Of a stretch of 64,000 bases of DNA, positions 28,320 to 37,519 are shown piece by piece. The position numbers were made by a program, and so were the translations under genes. The notes below the pieces were generated by a model. The model was not told where the DNA came from, ran no database searches, and saw only the letters and a program-made list of their open reading frames with translations. This DNA comes from Candidatus Omnitrophota bacterium (GTDB lineage Bacteria; Omnitrophota; Gorgyraeia; 2-01-FULL-45-10): the NCBI GenBank assembly GCA_041650935.1, contig JBAZKH010000005.1:65574-129573 (forward strand), in the 5' to 3' direction. The stretch's first letter is position 1; the number at the start of each line of letters is the position of its first letter.

Positions 28320-28383
28320 TCACCTGATCGCCTAATCGCCAGCGTCAGCCTCACTCAAAATCGCCTAACCGCCAAACTCCACC

Positions 28384-29313
28384 TCACTCATTTTCCCCGT
28401 AGCTTGCCTCTATCGTCTTGACTAGATTCGTCAAAACCTCGTTCACCGGCGTCTGTATCCCGAGCGCCTTACCCTGCCTGACGATGGCGCCGTTAATAAA
28501 ATCTATCTCGGTCCGCCGCTTATTTTTCACATCCTGCAGCATACTGCAAATATTGGCTGATGTGGCCTTGCATACGGACTCTACTTTCTGTATCGGGTCA
28601 TCGTAGGCGAGTTTGATCCGTTTGCGCTTAACGATCCGTGCCGCCTCCTGGACCGCGGCGCGTAAAAGAGCTCGCGCCTCCTCATGCCCTATCAATTCTC
28701 CGTTATTCAGACGCGTGATCGCCGCCAGCGCATTCATCCCCACGTTTATGATGAGTTTGCCCCATATCACGGAATCGATATCCTTCGAAACCTTCGTCTC
28801 GAAACCGGCCTTTGTAAGAATATTCTGCAAGTCCCTCAGCGCCGCGGATAACCTGCCGTCCGACTTACCTATGATCGTCTCACCCTTACCGGCGTGCCTG
28901 ACATGACCGGCGCCGAGCAGTGTCGAACCGTGATTCGTGATCCCGGCTATGACTTTTTCGGGACCGAAATAGTCATTGAGGACCTGGACGTTGCCGATAC
29001 CGTTCTGGATAGTCGCGACGAAAGTATTTTCACCGACAATATCTTTTATATCCTTGCAGGCGTCTTCCGTCGAATAGCTTTTGACGCATATTATCGCGAA
29101 GTCGCAGACACCTATCTCTTTAGTATCCGTCGAGATATTTACCTTTACCTGATGAGCGACGCTTAAACCCTCTATCTTTATGCCTGCCTGCCTTATGCGC
29201 GCCGCGCGCTCCGGAGTATTATCGAATATCCAGATATCTTCCTTCGTCCGCGCCTTCAATAGCCCTGCCATTAGACAACCCACCGCTCCCGGTCCGACTA
29301 TGGCTATTTTCAT
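28384..29313 (-). CDS. panE: 2-dehydropantoate 2-reductase.
   Basis: MKIAIVGPGAVGCLMAGLL Rossmann N-terminus of ApbA/PanE type. Confidence 0.75.
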   Translation of the reverse strand: MKIAIVGPGAVGCLMAGLLKARTKEDIWIFDNTPERAARIRQAGIKIEGLSVAHQVKVNISTDTKEIGVCDFAIICVKSYSTEDACKDIKDIVGENTFVATIQNGIGNVQVLNDYFGPEKVIAGITNHGSTLLGAGHVRHAGKGETIIGKSDGRLSAALRDLQNILTKAGFETKVSKDIDSVIWGKLIINVGMNALAAITRLNNGELIGHEEARALLRAAVQEAARIVKRKRIKLAYDDPIQKVESVCKATSANICSMLQDVKNKRRTEIDFINGAIVRQGKALGIQTPVNEVLTNLVKTIEASYGENE

Positions 29314-29393
29314 AGCAACTCCCTCTATTTATACTCCGCGATCAGGTCTTTTCATCACATTCACCTAATCGCCTAATCGCTCATGTATATCTT

Positions 29394-30236
29394 TTACTTG
29401 AGTTTTATCTTCTTGATCTCTTCTTCTTTGATCGAGAACGCATGCTCGGGCGCAGGAAAGATACCTTTTTCGACCTCATCCTTATACTTCTTCAAACCCT
29501 CCAGTATCGGCTGAGAAAGCCTGACATATTGCTTGACGAATTTCGGAGTGAACCTGTCGAAGAGCCCCACCATGTCATTAAGGACGAGCACCTGGCCGTC
29601 GCAATATTTACCGGCGCCGATCCCTATGACAGGGATCTTGAGTTTTTCGGCAATGATCTGCGCCACAAGGTCGGGCACGCATTCCAGAACCAGGCCGAAA
29701 CAACCTGCCCGCTCAAGCTTCAGCGCCTGTTCTATAAGGCTTTTTGCGGTTTCGGCAGTCCGTGCCTGTATCTTGAAACCGCCCAGTTTGGAGACCGTCT
29801 GCGGCGTAAGGCCCAGATGACCTAGAACGGGGATACCCGCGTTGACGATGGCGATCGCGGCGTCTATAACTTCATCGCCGCCCTCGAGCTTTACCGCGTC
29901 GCAACCCGCTTCTTTCATAAATCTCATCGCGTTCCTGACCGCTTCCTCTTTCGTGACCTGATACGACCCGAACGGCATATCGCCGATCAGGAAAGCGTAC
30001 CGCGTACCGCGGCGCGCGGCGCGCGAATGGTGTATCATTTCGTCCATCGTCACGGGCACGGTCGAATCGTAGCCCAGGACGACCATTCCCAGCGAATCGC
30101 CGACGAGAATTATATCGATACCCGCCTCATCGACCAGATGCGCCATGGGATAGTCGTACGCGGTAAGCATCGTTATCTTTTTTCCCTGACGCTTCCGCTC
30201 CTGCAGGTCGGTAATCGTTACTTTCTTTCGGTCCAT
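29394..30236 (-). CDS. panB: 3-methyl-2-oxobutanoate hydroxymethyltransferase.
   Basis: ITMLTAYDYPMAHLVDEAGIDIILVGDSLGMVVLGYDST is a strong PanB signature. Confidence 0.9.
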   Translation of the reverse strand: MDRKKVTITDLQERKRQGKKITMLTAYDYPMAHLVDEAGIDIILVGDSLGMVVLGYDSTVPVTMDEMIHHSRAARRGTRYAFLIGDMPFGSYQVTKEEAVRNAMRFMKEAGCDAVKLEGGDEVIDAAIAIVNAGIPVLGHLGLTPQTVSKLGGFKIQARTAETAKSLIEQALKLERAGCFGLVLECVPDLVAQIIAEKLKIPVIGIGAGKYCDGQVLVLNDMVGLFDRFTPKFVKQYVRLSQPILEGLKKYKDEVEKGIFPAPEHAFSIKEEEIKKIKLK

Positions 30237-30830
30237 TTATCTACTCTCCTTCTTACGCGTATTGGTTCTTGTAGAAATTATTTTGCCGGATTTTATATCA
30301 AAAATTTTGGTCTGGCCCGTAACAAGCGCAACTTCGAGGGTTTGTGACGCGTCATCGAATGCTATGCGTTTATACCACTCGAAGAGACCGCCCGATTTCG
30401 TAAGCTTGGCCGGATTGGATGCAAGATCTTTTATGACATATTTTCTAACGGGGATGCCTTTCTCGTAAAACGCAAGGGCAAGCTGCCCCATATCGGGCTT
30501 GGCGTTCATCGCCGAGACACGGCTGCGGCCGATCCTGACCAGGTGGATCCCGTCCGACGCGATATGGACATCCCGGGAATACCAGTTGACCGTCCATAAA
30601 GATTTCCGCAAATTGCTCGTCTGGTACAGGCCGGAATTTTTATATCTTGTCTTAAGCATATCCACTTTGCCGCCCTTGTCCGGTGACTTCGTCAGCATCA
30701 CGAAGACATATTTACCGTTGGGAGAAAGCTGCTCGTAAGAGCGGGCATCATCCGCAAAGACCGCCGCGGCGCCGGCTGTGAATAAAATCAATATCAAAAC
30801 CCCTGTCATCGAAACGATTTTGCTCCGCAT
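30237..30830 (-). CDS. Hypothetical secreted protein (197 aa).
   Basis: Signal peptide MRSKIVSMTGVLILILFTAGAAAVFA. Located inside the Wood-Ljungdahl cluster. Confidence 0.4.
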   Translation of the reverse strand: MRSKIVSMTGVLILILFTAGAAAVFADDARSYEQLSPNGKYVFVMLTKSPDKGGKVDMLKTRYKNSGLYQTSNLRKSLWTVNWYSRDVHIASDGIHLVRIGRSRVSAMNAKPDMGQLALAFYEKGIPVRKYVIKDLASNPAKLTKSGGLFEWYKRIAFDDASQTLEVALVTGQTKIFDIKSGKIISTRTNTRKKESR

Positions 30831-30837
30831 CTCTCAT

Positions 30838-31626
30838 CTACCTCTTTCTATATGCTTCCAGGAATGAATCGCAATATATGTTCTTATTCGATATAAGATC
30901 GGCGGTTATCATGGCATCCATCAATTCTTTATCGAGCGGATCGAGGATCGCCGAGGTAAGGCCGCTTGCTATCGCCATCGCAAGGAACGTCCTGTTAATA
31001 AGCGGGCGGAACTTTGCCCCCTGGGAGATATTCGATAAGCCTATTGTCGTACCGGGAGCCGGGTGACAGAGAAGCCTGAAATCCCTTATCGATTCAAGGA
31101 CTTCGAGGCCTTGTGCCTGAGCGACGTTCACCGGCAGGACCACCGGGTCGAGAAAGAGATCCTCAGTATTTATACCAAACTCTATCGCCCTGGCCACTAT
31201 GGCCGCGGCAAGCTCGAGCCGTCTCTCTTTGCCGTTCGGAACGCCCGTCTTGTCCATTGCGAGACCTATCACCTGCGTATTGTATTTTTTGGCCAGCCCG
31301 AAGATTACCGCCATCCGCTCCTCATCCGCGCTGGTAGAATTTATTACGGCGCGTTTGGCCGCAAGCCGTAATCCTTCCTCGATAACATCAGCCCTGGTCG
31401 AATCGAGCACCAGCGGCACCCGGGCGACGCCCTGGATCGTTTCGACGAGCCATTTGATATCGTCTACAGGATCCTTCGAATACGGTCCCGTGCTGATATC
31501 GAGCATCGTCGCCCCGGCCCTTACCTGATCCTCCGCAAGATGCTGGATCACATCGGCTTCCCTGTTAGCTATGGCCTTTCCCACATCCTTATACATACCG
31601 TTTATGAGTTCGCCTATCACGATCAT
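30838..31626 (-). CDS. acsE: Methyltetrahydrofolate:corrinoid/iron-sulfur protein methyltransferase.
   Basis: MIVIGELINGMYKDVGKAI canonical AcsE N-terminus and 262 aa length. Confidence 0.8.
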   Translation of the reverse strand: MIVIGELINGMYKDVGKAIANREADVIQHLAEDQVRAGATMLDISTGPYSKDPVDDIKWLVETIQGVARVPLVLDSTRADVIEEGLRLAAKRAVINSTSADEERMAVIFGLAKKYNTQVIGLAMDKTGVPNGKERRLELAAAIVARAIEFGINTEDLFLDPVVLPVNVAQAQGLEVLESIRDFRLLCHPAPGTTIGLSNISQGAKFRPLINRTFLAMAIASGLTSAILDPLDKELMDAMITADLISNKNIYCDSFLEAYRKR

Positions 31627-32555
31627 TTCTTAGGTCCCCCGTTCATAGCCAATCCGATATATCTGCTGACCGCTTTTGCCGCCGCGGGATGACGCATCAC
31701 GAGGAGGTCGGCTCCCGCCAATAGCATCGAGACCGCCGTCGCTATCTCCCAGTTAATACCCTGGGTCCTGCCGGCATCTCTTGCCTCCTTCACGTTCCAT
31801 ACCTCGCTTCCAACAAATAGGACAAACGGCATCGCAAGCATCTTGTCCCCGATAAACGCAGCTAACCTGCCGCGCTCCATTATCGAATATACATACTCCA
31901 TGCCGTAACCGAGCGACGTCGTCGTAGGATGCATAACTATTCGCTGCGGGTTAAAGCCCATGTCGCTTATCAATATGTTCGTTTGTTTGGCGATATTTAT
32001 ATCGATAGGCGATTCCGCTATTATAGAATGGCCGTCCGCGAGTGCCGTGGCCGTAAGCGTCTTGTAATTATTCTGCGTCGCCGTACCGAGAAGGCAATTT
32101 TCACCCTTCAGCGCCTGGCTCACCTTCGGCAGGATGTCATTATCCCTATCATCATCCCCGCCGCCGACAATTATAAGAGGTAAGCCTGTTTCTTCGATGA
32201 TCGACTTCAGCATCGGGATGACCCGGTCCGCGCTCCGCGAACCCCAATCGGGGTGCGTCCCCTGCAGTCTCACGCACAAAATTTCAGCGCCGAAATCCTT
32301 CACGCACTTCACTGCCCATCTGACCGGGTCTTTAAGGGCGCTGCCGAACGGCACTTTAAGCGCTTCCGGCCATTCCACCGGCTCGCAATCCAATATTTCA
32401 AGCGCAACCACAGGAGCATTCGGCATAAGCCCCTCGTCTAACAGAAACGGCATGGCCGACTCTCCGCCTATCCTGACAACCCGCTTATTCGCGCGCCCTA
32501 TCTCTACCGTGTTTATCGGTCCTGCGCATTTCTCTTTGATTAATTCTATCGGCAT
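31623..32555 (-). CDS. acsD: Corrinoid iron-sulfur protein small subunit (CFeSP delta / CdhD-like).
   Basis: About 310 aa, a TIM-barrel-like protein in a syntenic position between cooC and acsE. Confidence 0.75.
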   Translation of the reverse strand: MPIELIKEKCAGPINTVEIGRANKRVVRIGGESAMPFLLDEGLMPNAPVVALEILDCEPVEWPEALKVPFGSALKDPVRWAVKCVKDFGAEILCVRLQGTHPDWGSRSADRVIPMLKSIIEETGLPLIIVGGGDDDRDNDILPKVSQALKGENCLLGTATQNNYKTLTATALADGHSIIAESPIDINIAKQTNILISDMGFNPQRIVMHPTTTSLGYGMEYVYSIMERGRLAAFIGDKMLAMPFVLFVGSEVWNVKEARDAGRTQGINWEIATAVSMLLAGADLLVMRHPAAAKAVSRYIGLAMNGGPKK

Positions 32556-32559
32556 CTTT

Positions 32560-33321
32560 CTATCCCATGATATTGTTATAGATCTCCGCTACCGCATCTT
32601 TTACAACAGCGCTCTTAAACTCGAATATGGGCCTATTCGAAACGCTCCACTCCACTATCTCCTCATCATAAGGGACGGTGCCGGCTACCGCAAGCCCGGA
32701 CTTCTCGATCTCTTTTGCAAGCGGCCGCAGTTCGCCCGAAACCTTGTTCACCACAAGATAGGCGCCGCCCATCTTAATGGCAAGCGACCTGGCAAGTTCA
32801 TATATGCGCCCGGCCGCGCGCACGCCGGAGACGGAATAATCGCTCACGATAACGAGTTTGCTCAGCTCGCCCGTCATCCTCCGCGATATATGCTCCATAC
32901 CGGCCGCATTATCTATGATGACAAAATCGTAGCCCCTCGCAATCTCACCTATGATACCGCGCAAAAGGTTATTTATATAGCAATAACATCCCGGCCCTTC
33001 GGGCCGGCCCATCACGAGAAGGTCGAAACCCTGCGCCTCGTTCACGGCCTCCTGGACGCGCATCTCTATAAACCTGTCTTTGGTGACGCCTGCCGGTATC
33101 CCAGCCAGGTTCCGCGATACCTCGTCGCAAATACCGACTATCGTCTCCGGCTCTTTTACGCCTAGATAGTCCGCGAAACACGAATTCGGATCGGCATCTA
33201 TCGCCAGTATCGAACCGAGCTTATTATCTATTATATACGCGACAAGCAGCGCCGCCAGCGACGTCTTGCCTGTGCCGCCCTTGCCGTTCACCGCTATCGT
33301 ATTACCGATGGAAACCTCCAT
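32560..33321 (-). CDS. cooC: CODH nickel-insertion accessory ATPase (MinD/ParA-like).
   Basis: Deviant Walker A NGKGGTGKTSLAA. Confidence 0.8.
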   Translation of the reverse strand: MEVSIGNTIAVNGKGGTGKTSLAALLVAYIIDNKLGSILAIDADPNSCFADYLGVKEPETIVGICDEVSRNLAGIPAGVTKDRFIEMRVQEAVNEAQGFDLLVMGRPEGPGCYCYINNLLRGIIGEIARGYDFVIIDNAAGMEHISRRMTGELSKLVIVSDYSVSGVRAAGRIYELARSLAIKMGGAYLVVNKVSGELRPLAKEIEKSGLAVAGTVPYDEEIVEWSVSNRPIFEFKSAVVKDAVAEIYNNIMG

Positions 33322-35162
33322 AGATCCGTATGCGGGAAAAAGAGAGATGCCACGTATTCATTCATATATGCCGGCTCCGCGCTTAAATCGATATAAGTAA
33401 TATTTTTGGCTATCGCCTCCGTCCGCTGAAATGCCTCTTTCGACAGAAGCGCCATCCTGGCGCCAGCTAAAGACGAGTTGCCGATGAATTCATAAATACT
33501 TCTATCGATATCCGGCAGCAGGCCTATAGCAATGGAATTTTCGATATTCAGATAATTACCGAACCCGCCGGCTACATATATCCGTTTAAGTTCCGTTATG
33601 TCTTTCCCAACCTTCGCCAGAAGCGATATTATAGCGCTGTATATAGCGCCTTTCGAGCGCTTGAGATTTTCGATATCGTCCTCATTTATAACTATATCTT
33701 TGGATGCGGCGGAGCCGGACCCGAAAGCGATAACGAATTCGGTCACTGCCTCACCGCGCCTTACTCTCCGCGATTTAATATTGTCGTTAATTTTCCCGGA
33801 TTTGTCTATTATGCCGCGTTCCAGCATCCGACAGAGCAGGTCTATATATCCCGACCCGCATATCCCGAGAGGTTTAGCACCGCCTATCACATCGCAGCTG
33901 ACATCAAATTTTCCGTCTATATCGACCTTCTGTATCGCACCCTTCACCGCCTTCATCCCGCAGCTCAAGCCGCTGCCTTCGAAGGCGGGTCCGGCGCTGG
34001 CGGCCGCGCCTATCATCCATTCTTTATTACCGAGGACAAGTTCGCCGTTGGTACCTATATCGACGAGCATCGATAGCCCGTCATTATCGGAGATACCGCA
34101 GGCAAGTATCCCGGAGACTATATCACCGCCTACATAGGTGCTTACACCTGGCAGGAACCAGACAAGCCCTCTGGGGTTCAGGTCTATGCCGATCTCCGAG
34201 GAATGGATGGCCGAAAAAACCGATGTCGTCGGTATGTGCGGCGGCCGCCTGATAGACGATGGGTCTATTTTAAGCAAAAGATGCATCATCGTCATGTTGC
34301 CGGCGCACATTATAGCGTATATATCGCCAAGGCTCACCTTGCACGACGCGGTCAGATCCCCGATTATTTCGTTAATATTCGCAACGACCGCCTTATGCGA
34401 TTTGTCAAGACCCTCCGGGACCGAGGCAAATATTATCCGCGCGATAATGTCACTGCCGTATACGGCCTGTTTATTGAAGGCGATCCTCGTACCCAGTATC
34501 TCACGGGTATTAAGATCGACCAACTGTCCGACTACAGTCGTCGTGCCGATATCGAACGCAAATCCGTAATTCTGCGCAGTCGTATCCCCCGGCTCAAAGG
34601 CTATTACCTCATAACCGCCCTCTTTGTAGCCGAACGTAACCGTAACCTCAAAATCACTCTCCCGCAGCGTTTCGCTCAAGAATTTGACGCTTGCCAGCCT
34701 TGTAGAGACATGGAGAATATCGATCGTCCGGGCCAGTTCCCTGTAAACGCGGTCAAGGTCGTTTGCGTTGTCATAGGCTGTAGGCTGCGGCAGTTTAAGA
34801 TACTTCTTGCCTACGACAGGAAAATGCGGATACGCAGCCTCCCTCTTCAGGAGAACACCCTTCGTAAACTCTTCGGCCGCCGGGGAACCCTTCTCATGTA
34901 TCTCCAGCGACTCTGCAGGGATCGCAACTTCCACGTCTTGTTCTACTATAGTATCGCAAGCGAGGACTTTTTTACCATTGATCACTACGCCGCACTTGCC
35001 GCATAAACCTTCCCCGCCGCATGAAGCGTTGAGAACGATCCCCGCTTTAATGGCGGCTGTCAAAAGATCCGTACCTTTAACGACGGCTATCTCCTTGACA
35101 TCCGGTTTTTTAAAAACCGAGATACTGCTCTCTATCTTAAATTTGACGTTTAATTCTTTCAC
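33294..35162 (-). CDS. Reductive activator of corrinoid protein, RACo (N-terminal 2Fe-2S ferredoxin plus ASKHA domain).
   Basis: Cys cluster CGGEGLCGKCGV...C. About 620 aa in acsC/cooC context. Confidence 0.75.
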   Translation of the reverse strand: MKELNVKFKIESSISVFKKPDVKEIAVVKGTDLLTAAIKAGIVLNASCGGEGLCGKCGVVINGKKVLACDTIVEQDVEVAIPAESLEIHEKGSPAAEEFTKGVLLKREAAYPHFPVVGKKYLKLPQPTAYDNANDLDRVYRELARTIDILHVSTRLASVKFLSETLRESDFEVTVTFGYKEGGYEVIAFEPGDTTAQNYGFAFDIGTTTVVGQLVDLNTREILGTRIAFNKQAVYGSDIIARIIFASVPEGLDKSHKAVVANINEIIGDLTASCKVSLGDIYAIMCAGNMTMMHLLLKIDPSSIRRPPHIPTTSVFSAIHSSEIGIDLNPRGLVWFLPGVSTYVGGDIVSGILACGISDNDGLSMLVDIGTNGELVLGNKEWMIGAAASAGPAFEGSGLSCGMKAVKGAIQKVDIDGKFDVSCDVIGGAKPLGICGSGYIDLLCRMLERGIIDKSGKINDNIKSRRVRRGEAVTEFVIAFGSGSAASKDIVINEDDIENLKRSKGAIYSAIISLLAKVGKDITELKRIYVAGGFGNYLNIENSIAIGLLPDIDRSIYEFIGNSSLAGARMALLSKEAFQRTEAIAKNITYIDLSAEPAYMNEYVASLFFPHTDLWRFPSVIR

Positions 35163-36497
35163 TTATTTCCAGTTCCTCAAGTAAGCCGGTATGCCCGATG
35201 CTTCCCTTGGGCCCACCGAAACCCGCCACCCGGAGACCTCCTCGAGCTTACCGCTCAAAATCGAAACATACCCGGGGATAATCACTTTCTTATGGAAGAC
35301 TATATCCTCAACGCCAAGCTTCTTAAGTGTACCGGCGATAGTCTCGGCGGTAAATTTTTCCGCGGCCCATGCGGTAAGGACCGACATGCCCTCTGAATCA
35401 CAGGCTATTATATAGCTCGGGACCTTGCTCGACTCTACCTCACCGGCTACCGTAAAATATGTTATCGAGAAATTTGTGGTAACGATAACGGGTGACTCTT
35501 TAGTAACTTTACCTATTTCGTAAATCCGCGGCTCGACCTGTACGGGTTTCTGCGGGTCCTGATATACATCCTGCCTCGCCACAAGAAGCGGAAAGAGAAA
35601 CTCCTTATTCCTATTATTCATTATTACCAGGCCCGCATATTTCATGACATATGATACCGCCTCCGCAAGCTCGAGAACGGGTTCGGTTTGAGTCGCAAAA
35701 ACAAGAAACGGGTAGCCTAACGCCCTGAGATCCTTCTTCAATGCCAGGCGTCTGGCGTACGCAAAGCCCTGCATCCTCTCCGGCAGGCTTTTGTCTTTTA
35801 AGTTCAAAACTATCTCTTCGACACCCAGTTTCTTTATTTTATCCGTTATGCCGGCGGCTTCTTCAAGGCTCGATACGGTAACAGCGATGGGTATATTACT
35901 TTCTTTGGCTATCCGCGCGAATTCCGCCGCCTCGGCCGCCGCATCGCATACCAGGAGCGGCCGCCTATCTTTGACAACCTTAGCCGCCTCGGCCGCCGCA
36001 CAGGCATCCCGGCTCTCGATAGCCACGCATAGATCGGTACCGGCGGCTACCTTTTTTACAACGTCGATAAACCTATCCTTGCTGCCGGAGGAATTTCTCA
36101 CGCAGACAAGGTTCGCCGAAAGCATCTGGCCGACCCTTTCGAACCGAACGGCATTTATTTCGGAGACCGCCTTCTCGATTTCGACGGCGGCAGATGTGTC
36201 CTCTATAAGAAAACCTATTGCAGCCGGATGGTGGAACTTCTGCTCGTGACGATACATAACCATCTCGTTGCCTATCTCTATTTTTTTATCGCCCGTGCCT
36301 ATCGTAACCAGTTTGATGGGCGGCTGCGAGGCGCTCTCGAGCGCTGAGCGCGCCTGTGCCGTTATCTTCGGGCATTTATCCAGAGAAATCTTCTTCTGGG
36401 CAAGCGCCATAGCAAATGCCAGGCATGTCGCAAAACCACATTCCCTGCAGTTTGTCTTCGGTAGAAGTTTATAAATATCCAACCCTGTCAAAGCCAT
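35163..36497 (-). CDS. acsC: Corrinoid iron-sulfur protein large subunit (CFeSP gamma / CdhE-like).
   Basis: N-terminal 4Fe-4S motif TNCRECGFATCLAFAMALA and 444 aa length. Confidence 0.85.
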   Translation of the reverse strand: MALTGLDIYKLLPKTNCRECGFATCLAFAMALAQKKISLDKCPKITAQARSALESASQPPIKLVTIGTGDKKIEIGNEMVMYRHEQKFHHPAAIGFLIEDTSAAVEIEKAVSEINAVRFERVGQMLSANLVCVRNSSGSKDRFIDVVKKVAAGTDLCVAIESRDACAAAEAAKVVKDRRPLLVCDAAAEAAEFARIAKESNIPIAVTVSSLEEAAGITDKIKKLGVEEIVLNLKDKSLPERMQGFAYARRLALKKDLRALGYPFLVFATQTEPVLELAEAVSYVMKYAGLVIMNNRNKEFLFPLLVARQDVYQDPQKPVQVEPRIYEIGKVTKESPVIVTTNFSITYFTVAGEVESSKVPSYIIACDSEGMSVLTAWAAEKFTAETIAGTLKKLGVEDIVFHKKVIIPGYVSILSGKLEEVSGWRVSVGPREASGIPAYLRNWK

Positions 36498-36507
36498 ATC
36501 TTCCTTA

Positions 36508-37518
36508 TTAGCGCACCTTGCTCATCACAGCCCGGTATTTACGATCTTTGCCGTCATCAAGCGGCGAGGCCGAAAACGCCTCATAACCAATTTCAGCGCT
36601 ACACCTTGTTATTCCGGGGGTGACTTTTTCGATGTTCGCGGTTATGGCATCCGCCTCTGACTGGATGGCGAGACCGCTGTTTAAATTATACTTTGTGACG
36701 TAAATAATTACGGGCATAAGCTTATCGCTCTTATCAAGCTTGGTATCAAAGCCATATATCATCGGCGTATTCTTCACCCACACCGCCTTCATCGGAAACT
36801 TATATTTTTTTGCAGCCTCCGCCGCGCTCCGCTTGAAAAAATCAAGCATCTCGGCTTCCCGCTCATATTGGACAAAGGGGACCGGGCGGATAAATGCATT
36901 TGCGAATTGTATCCAAAGCATTGCCGGCACCTCCCATCCGTTCTTATACATCTTCTGCGCCTCGTCATACCACTGGACTACGGTCTTCCCGCCTACCCGA
37001 TATAAACCGTAGTTAAAACCATATAACTGCCATTCGTCATTCAGTTTGATATATATAAACGCTATCATAATATCCCTCGATCTCCCGTTCGAAGTCAAGA
37101 GAGATACGAATAACGGCCCGTTTCCACCTTCCACGTTTATCAGGAATTTATTCGTCATGTCTCCGGGTACCGGCAGAGCAACCGCGCCACGCTCTTTTAC
37201 GTCTATGAAATATTCATGCAGAGTGGTAAAGACAGCGCCCCTGGCAAGCTCACCCAGCTTCTTATAGGAACTGTTGACATCTGCTTCGATGCTCCCGCCG
37301 GCCCTGCCTTCCGCAACAAACATATTGATCATTACATCAGGCTTATTATCCATTATGCTCATGAAGAGCCGGTTGTTCACAGCGTGTATAGTGTGACGTG
37401 TCGCCTCGGGGATCTCGTCGTCAATCTGTGTAGTAATATTGGCGGCGCAGGCATTATGCGCAAGCGCAATCATTGCGGCTGCCAGGACTACTATCTTCAG
37501 CTTTTGCATATCGCACAC
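36508..37518 (-). CDS. Hypothetical secreted protein (336 aa) embedded between acsC and acsB.
   Basis: Signal peptide MQKLKIVVLAAAMIALAHNACA. No recognisable catalytic motif. Confidence 0.45.
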   Translation of the reverse strand: MCDMQKLKIVVLAAAMIALAHNACAANITTQIDDEIPEATRHTIHAVNNRLFMSIMDNKPDVMINMFVAEGRAGGSIEADVNSSYKKLGELARGAVFTTLHEYFIDVKERGAVALPVPGDMTNKFLINVEGGNGPLFVSLLTSNGRSRDIMIAFIYIKLNDEWQLYGFNYGLYRVGGKTVVQWYDEAQKMYKNGWEVPAMLWIQFANAFIRPVPFVQYEREAEMLDFFKRSAAEAAKKYKFPMKAVWVKNTPMIYGFDTKLDKSDKLMPVIIYVTKYNLNSGLAIQSEADAITANIEKVTPGITRCSAEIGYEAFSASPLDDGKDRKYRAVMSKVR

Positions 37519-37519
37519 C

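Noticed and set aside
32134-33165. 343-aa plus-strand ORF, with similar 267-aa ORFs at 34203-35006 and 35791-36249.
   Set aside because: All are antisense to acsD, cooC, RACo or acsC. No start context or motif supports them.
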